DNA of 64,000 nucleotides from a virus. Lineage: Duplodnaviria; Caudoviricetes. A model generated the notes under the pieces. The model did no database searches, was not told the origin of the DNA, and saw nothing but the letters and a program-made list of their open reading frames with translations. Position 1 is the first letter of the stretch; each line of letters starts with the position of its first letter. A program made the position numbers and the translations under genes. Positions 59,722 to 64,000 of the stretch are shown here, piece by piece. The DNA lies in the IMG/VR virus record IMGVR_UViG_3300014043_000503, positions 32,001 to 96,000 of that record; one strand, 5' to 3'.

Positions 59722-60714
59722 TTATCCGTGCATCTCATTGCTTTTGGTCTTCGGTCTGTACCCTTTCTTATATCTCCAGACATCATCATGGACACCGTAG
59801 ATGTTGCCCATCCTCCTGTAGAACTTGGAGTAGTTCTTGCCCTTTCCCAGATATACGTGGCCGCCCATATAGACATGCTTCATCAGTCTCGGGTTCGGGA
59901 CTATGAAATCCTCGTGCGTCAGTTGCTCGTGCTCGATTTCGTAGTCAAAGTCAAGAAACTTCGTGATGCTTTTTTTCGAAGTGATAAGTCCGCTTTCGAT
60001 GAGGGACTTCACAAGGCGAGAGATTTGGTATCTTGATAACTTGATACCGTCGTGCCGATCCGCGATAGCCTGGTAACTGATTCCTGCGTTCAGGTAGTCG
60101 ATGCTTTCCATACCCTTCTCATTGACTCGGGAGTGCTCTTTCTTACCATATTTGCGGTTAAAGGTAACGAACATCTTCCTCCAGTTCCTGAGCTGGTGTA
60201 GGATGGATAGCTTCAGTATGACATCGTGAATGTCCCGGAACGTCTGCTTCTTGCCGTCGCTCCTGAATTGCAGGTAGCGGTCGGCGTCGCACAGGTATTC
60301 CGTCATTTGTTCCAATTTCCTTTCCTTTTCCCACTCGTCTTCTATGTCGCTGGAATAGTGCAGCCTCCTGATCAGGTCGCTGTTGTCCCTTTTCAGGAAG
60401 ATTTGCGGCCCGCCTTCCTTGTGGACGATGTGGAGCATTGCGTTCTTGCGGCCACCCCTTGAGATTTTCCTTGCCCTGAGGTGGTTGCCGTCGATATACA
60501 CCAGTCCTGAGGACAGTCCGTCTTCCAGAATCTCCTTGGCCTTTGCGTAGTTGCAATGGCAGGTTCTCATCAATTTCCTGATGGAAAAGTCGTACATGAC
60601 CGAGTTGGTGTAGTTCATTTTGATAATGACAGAAAGAGTAAGAGCGTTGAGGTTTCTTTCACTCTCAACGGCCTTGTTCAGATTCGTAATTGATATGTTG
60701 ACTTTTTCTGCCAT
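59722..60714 (-). CDS. two-wHTH replication-initiator-like protein
   Basis: Start re-called at MAEKVNI; SIRKLMRTCHCNYAKAKEIL and SYQAIA..SRYQISRLVKSLIESGLI HTH motifs. Confidence 0.6.
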   Translation of the reverse strand: MAEKVNISITNLNKAVESERNLNALTLSVIIKMNYTNSVMYDFSIRKLMRTCHCNYAKAKEILEDGLSSGLVYIDGNHLRARKISRGGRKNAMLHIVHKEGGPQIFLKRDNSDLIRRLHYSSDIEDEWEKERKLEQMTEYLCDADRYLQFRSDGKKQTFRDIHDVILKLSILHQLRNWRKMFVTFNRKYGKKEHSRVNEKGMESIDYLNAGISYQAIADRHDGIKLSRYQISRLVKSLIESGLITSKKSITKFLDFDYEIEHEQLTHEDFIVPNPRLMKHVYMGGHVYLGKGKNYSKFYRRMGNIYGVHDDVWRYKKGYRPKTKSNEMHG

Positions 60715-61100
60715 TATTCTGTTTTTAAAAGCCAAGCCCGCCAGTCGTTTGAGGAATAATGGAAAGCAAGCGAACAGGCGGGCTTGCGTGGGAATCGGGT
60801 CTTGCAAAACCCTTTCATTCCCGAGATCCGATGCAAAGATAGGAATAATATAATAAAGTTGTATCGTTTGTTAACAATTTTTACCAACATTTTCTAAAAT
60901 ATTGATTTCATGTACTTTATTTATATATATAGGTATTGTTCCGTAAAATTTTTACGTCTTGTTTATCTGTCTATAAACCAGGCGGTTATGGGCGTTTAAC
61001 TTATTTTACCAAAGTTTTCCACCGTTTTTTAGACGCATGATTAAAAAATTCTTTATCTTTGCAACCGAAAACAAAAAACATTTTTTCTTATGACGTAGAT

Positions 61101-61598
61101 ATGATTAAAGGTAAGGGACGTATCCGCAAGTATGGCGGTGTCCTCCAGCAAACTGAATTGAGGGAAGCGTTGCAGAAGCTGAAGGACAATGAGGACTACG
61201 AGTTCCTGATTGTCGATTCCCAGAAGAACAACAAGATTCCCTGTACGACGTACCTATTCTCAGTGGTCTTGCCGCAGATCTCACAAGCACTGCCGGATCA
61301 TCCGACCACTACCGCTCTCTACAAGTATTTTGAGGACATGTTCGCCCCTGTCCATACTTGTACAATCAACGGCCAGGAATATGAATACTGGCAGTTAAGG
61401 GACGAAAGAGTAAGTGATGTGGATGGTGTAATTGAGAAAATCATCCAGTACGCAAGGAACAAGTGGAACATCGAGATTGTTGAGGAAGGTGAATTGAGAA
61501 GACCTGAAAACCGCGAGTTCTTTGCAGCAGCCTACAAAAATCAAGAAATTGATTGGGGCAGATTCCTCTCAGCAAGATTAAACAAAAGCCATGAGTGA
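61101..61598 (+). CDS. NinB/DUF1367-like recombination accessory protein (tentative)
   Basis: YLFSVV..I...LY.YF..MF...IEKI..YA pattern; TATCTTTG promoter at 61054-61061. Confidence 0.45.
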   Translation: MIKGKGRIRKYGGVLQQTELREALQKLKDNEDYEFLIVDSQKNNKIPCTTYLFSVVLPQISQALPDHPTTTALYKYFEDMFAPVHTCTINGQEYEYWQLRDERVSDVDGVIEKIIQYARNKWNIEIVEEGELRRPENREFFAAAYKNQEIDWGRFLSARLNKSHE

Positions 61599-63030
61599 GA
61601 ATCTCAAAAAAGGTATCAGCCGCCTTGAAGCGCTGAGAATGACCGCCCAGACCTACAAGGGCGCGCTTGAAAAACAAAAGGAGGAATCCCAGAGAAGCAG
61701 TATTGAATACTTCAGAACGCCCGATGACGGCACGTACAATATCCGTGTGCTGCCCATCGCGCCTGTCATCAATGAGAATGGAGAGGTGGAGCCGTTGAAG
61801 CGTGTTGGCTACGACTACCCCATCCGCATCCAGTATCTGAAGATTGAGCGTCCGGCGGTGAAGGGAAAGCAGCCGAAGCCCATTGTCGTGCCTGTGATCA
61901 ACACCACGTTCAAGGGCACCGGTTTCGGTGTCGGATATCCCGTTGATATTATCGACAAGTATGTTTCCATTGCCAAGGAGATTGCCAGCAACGAGGGTGA
62001 CGAAGCCCTGCTGAAGAAGCTTGGCGAGAACTCCTATTCCGGTGGTCTGAAGTGGCAGGCCGTAAGAGCCATCTATGTGCTTGACCTTGATGACAAGCGC
62101 AAGATAAAGCTGTGGCAGCCCAGCTATTCACAGTATATGAACCTGCGTGATGCCGAGATCTCCGTATGGGAGAAGCTGAACGCGAAGCTCCAGAAGAAGG
62201 ATGAGAACGCCGAGGCCCCGTCTCCACTGTCTGACTTTGCCGAGTCATATCCCGTTGAGATCATCCGCAAGAACAACAACGGAAAGACCGAGTACCAGTT
62301 TACAATCGACACCGTAAGCGACCCGGACGAGCTTTCCGAGAAGGAGATTGACGCATTGTTTGACGCACCTCGCATTCCGGATATTGTCTATCGCTACAGC
62401 CGACGTCAGTTTGAGGCTACGCTCGTCTTCCTGAAGCAATGCGACAAGAAGTGGGAGCTTGACGTATGCGATGACGATGAGTTCATCGAGGCCAAGAACC
62501 AGCTTGAGGCAGCACTTTCCAAGGATGACCAGTCTCACTTCGATATCAATGCCTCTACCGACAAGGATTCCGGCAAGAAGGGAGAGATTACCCTTGATTC
62601 CATGTATGCCCTGCTTGACTCCATCGAGGCACAGGATCTGGGTAAGGATTCAGAGGAATACCAGGATCTCCGCGCCCAGATAAGCCAGTTCATCAATGAC
62701 AATGAGCTTGACGTGCGCTATTCTCACAGCAAGACCAACAAGTCGCTGCTGGAGGAGATTGAGCAGGCACTTGAGGAAAAGGAGTCTGGAGCCGTTGCCA
62801 AGGAGCCTGAGAAGAAGGAAGAGAAGAAGGAGGAAAAGGAAGAAGCCCCGGCTGAGACCCCAGCTGAGGAGCCAGCAAGAAAGCGTCGCTCAAAGCCCGC
62901 TGAAGAACCTCAGCCGGAGAAGGAGCCGGAGCCGGAACCAGAGCCTGATAAGAAGGAAGAGGAGCCGGCAGAGGAACCAAAGCCGGTTGACGAGCAGCCT
63001 GTACGTCGCCGCCGTCGTAGGGCTGAATAA
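61591..63030 (+). CDS. gp32-like single-stranded DNA-binding protein with long acidic/Pro-rich tail
   Basis: G.Y.IRVLP N-terminal motif, G.TEY motif, acidic tail; next to SbcD-like gene. Confidence 0.55.
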   Translation: MSENLKKGISRLEALRMTAQTYKGALEKQKEESQRSSIEYFRTPDDGTYNIRVLPIAPVINENGEVEPLKRVGYDYPIRIQYLKIERPAVKGKQPKPIVVPVINTTFKGTGFGVGYPVDIIDKYVSIAKEIASNEGDEALLKKLGENSYSGGLKWQAVRAIYVLDLDDKRKIKLWQPSYSQYMNLRDAEISVWEKLNAKLQKKDENAEAPSPLSDFAESYPVEIIRKNNNGKTEYQFTIDTVSDPDELSEKEIDALFDAPRIPDIVYRYSRRQFEATLVFLKQCDKKWELDVCDDDEFIEAKNQLEAALSKDDQSHFDINASTDKDSGKKGEITLDSMYALLDSIEAQDLGKDSEEYQDLRAQISQFINDNELDVRYSHSKTNKSLLEEIEQALEEKESGAVAKEPEKKEEKKEEKEEAPAETPAEEPARKRRSKPAEEPQPEKEPEPEPEPDKKEEEPAEEPKPVDEQPVRRRRRRAE

Positions 63031-63108
63031 TCTCATTTATGTTTTTTGTTTTGATGTTAGGGCACGGCATGTCGTTGTGTCGTGCCCGCCTTTTAAATAC
63101 ATGAGACT

Positions 63109-64000
63109 ATGGCAAAACCGTGTTTATTACTGCTTAACGACCTTCACGCTGACAAGGATAATCTTGGTGAGTTTGTCAAGAACTGGAACGAGGCGCTTGA
63201 CGTGTGCTCACAGCACGGCATCAGGGAAATGGTTATCGGGGGTGACGTGTTCACTTCCCGCGCAGCCCAGCCCCTTAGCGTGCTGAAGACCGTCAGGGAT
63301 TGCTTCAGGATGGCGCATGGCACTGTCGATATCATAACCATTGCGGAGGGAAACCACGACAAGGTTGACCAGGAAGACATATTCGGATATAATCACCTGT
63401 TTTCCGACATCGAGGGCGTGTGCGTCGTTGACATCTACGATTCCATCTTCCTGAACATCTATGATGCGGAAAGCGAGGTGGGCCTGTATGTGATGAGCTA
63501 CTTCCCGGAGAACGGTTCATTCATTGAGAAATATGAGCAGATGGTGAAGGAAAGCGACATTGCGGACGATGATATCCTCTATATCCATGAAGGTATCCAC
63601 GGAGCGCTTGGCGACTTTGACATCCCATCAGAGCTTCCTAATGACATGTTCGGAATCTTCTCGAAGGTTCTTGTCGGCCACTATCACAACCGTTGCAGGA
63701 TCAAGGATACGAACATTGAGTATATCGGCTCTTCCCGTCAGCACAATTTCGGCGAGGACGAGGAAAAGGGATATACTATCCTCTATTCAGACGGCAAGAC
63801 CAAGTTTGTCAAGAACAAGGTCAACACCAGATACATTACGCTGTCAGTCAATGCAACCGACATTGACGAGGGCTGGCTTACGCAGTTGAAGGCAGACGAT
63901 GAGATGCCCTACAAGGTTCGCGTCAAGGTCAGCTGTACGGATGCGCAGGCCAAGGCGTTCGACAAGCAGAGGCTCATAGATGCCGGAGCCAACAAGGTGG
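63109..64000 (+). CDS. SbcD/Mre11 (T4 gp47-like) metallophosphoesterase, truncated by window
   Basis: Hand-read NDLH, GGDVF, EGNHDK, VGHYH and YIGSSRQHNFGE motifs; absent from ORF track. Confidence 0.85.
   Translation, partial: MAKPCLLLLNDLHADKDNLGEFVKNWNEALDVCSQHGIREMVIGGDVFTSRAAQPLSVLKTVRDCFRMAHGTVDIITIAEGNHDKVDQEDIFGYNHLFSDIEGVCVVDIYDSIFLNIYDAESEVGLYVMSYFPENGSFIEKYEQMVKESDIADDDILYIHEGIHGALGDFDIPSELPNDMFGIFSKVLVGHYHNRCRIKDTNIEYIGSSRQHNFGEDEEKGYTILYSDGKTKFVKNKVNTRYITLSVNATDIDEGWLTQLKADDEMPYKVRVKVSCTDAQAKAFDKQRLIDAGANKV

Noticed and set aside
1-64000. Stop-codon recoding (TAG to Gln) as in Lak and some crAss-like phages
   Set aside because: Long genes are intact in code 11, and TAG ends genes at sensible boundaries (e.g. 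16513, 18798)

Overview
This window is a 64 kb segment of a large tailed phage (contractile-tail, Mu-like head and tail module) infecting a Bacteroidales host, probably Prevotella-like. The host assignment rests on TAnnTTTG promoters, AT-rich SD-less translation starts and DUF2586/DUF4494-like genes; the standard genetic code fits. From left to right it contains: small leftward early genes (1-3.4 kb); a ~2.9 kb non-coding, hairpin-rich region ending in iteron-like repeats next to winged-HTH genes; a cluster of putative small RNAs plus tRNA-Arg(CCT); accessory genes (tyrosine recombinase, dUTPase); the virion module (15.1-56.8 kb); and replication/recombination genes (HTH initiator-like, gp32-like SSB, SbcD/Mre11 nuclease). 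Two TnpA-less IS200/IS605 tnpB elements are present. Four features stand out. (1) A tyrosine-recombinase shufflon has four in-frame C-terminal cassettes for a 2.1-kaa tail adhesin, joined at CTATTGGRAC sites. (2) A 78-aa membrane-anchored moron behind the tape-measure gene is a 59%-identical copy of one tape-measure segment, a candidate superinfection-exclusion mimic. (3) A ~640-nt highly base-paired ncRNA sits inside the tail module. (4) An array of short U-rich units ending in CTGTGAAG-loop hairpins reads as antisense to Bacteroidetes translation-start regions. A phage-specific CTATTA(T) promoter motif precedes about 17 transcription units. All product calls come from motif recognition by eye; no searches were run.
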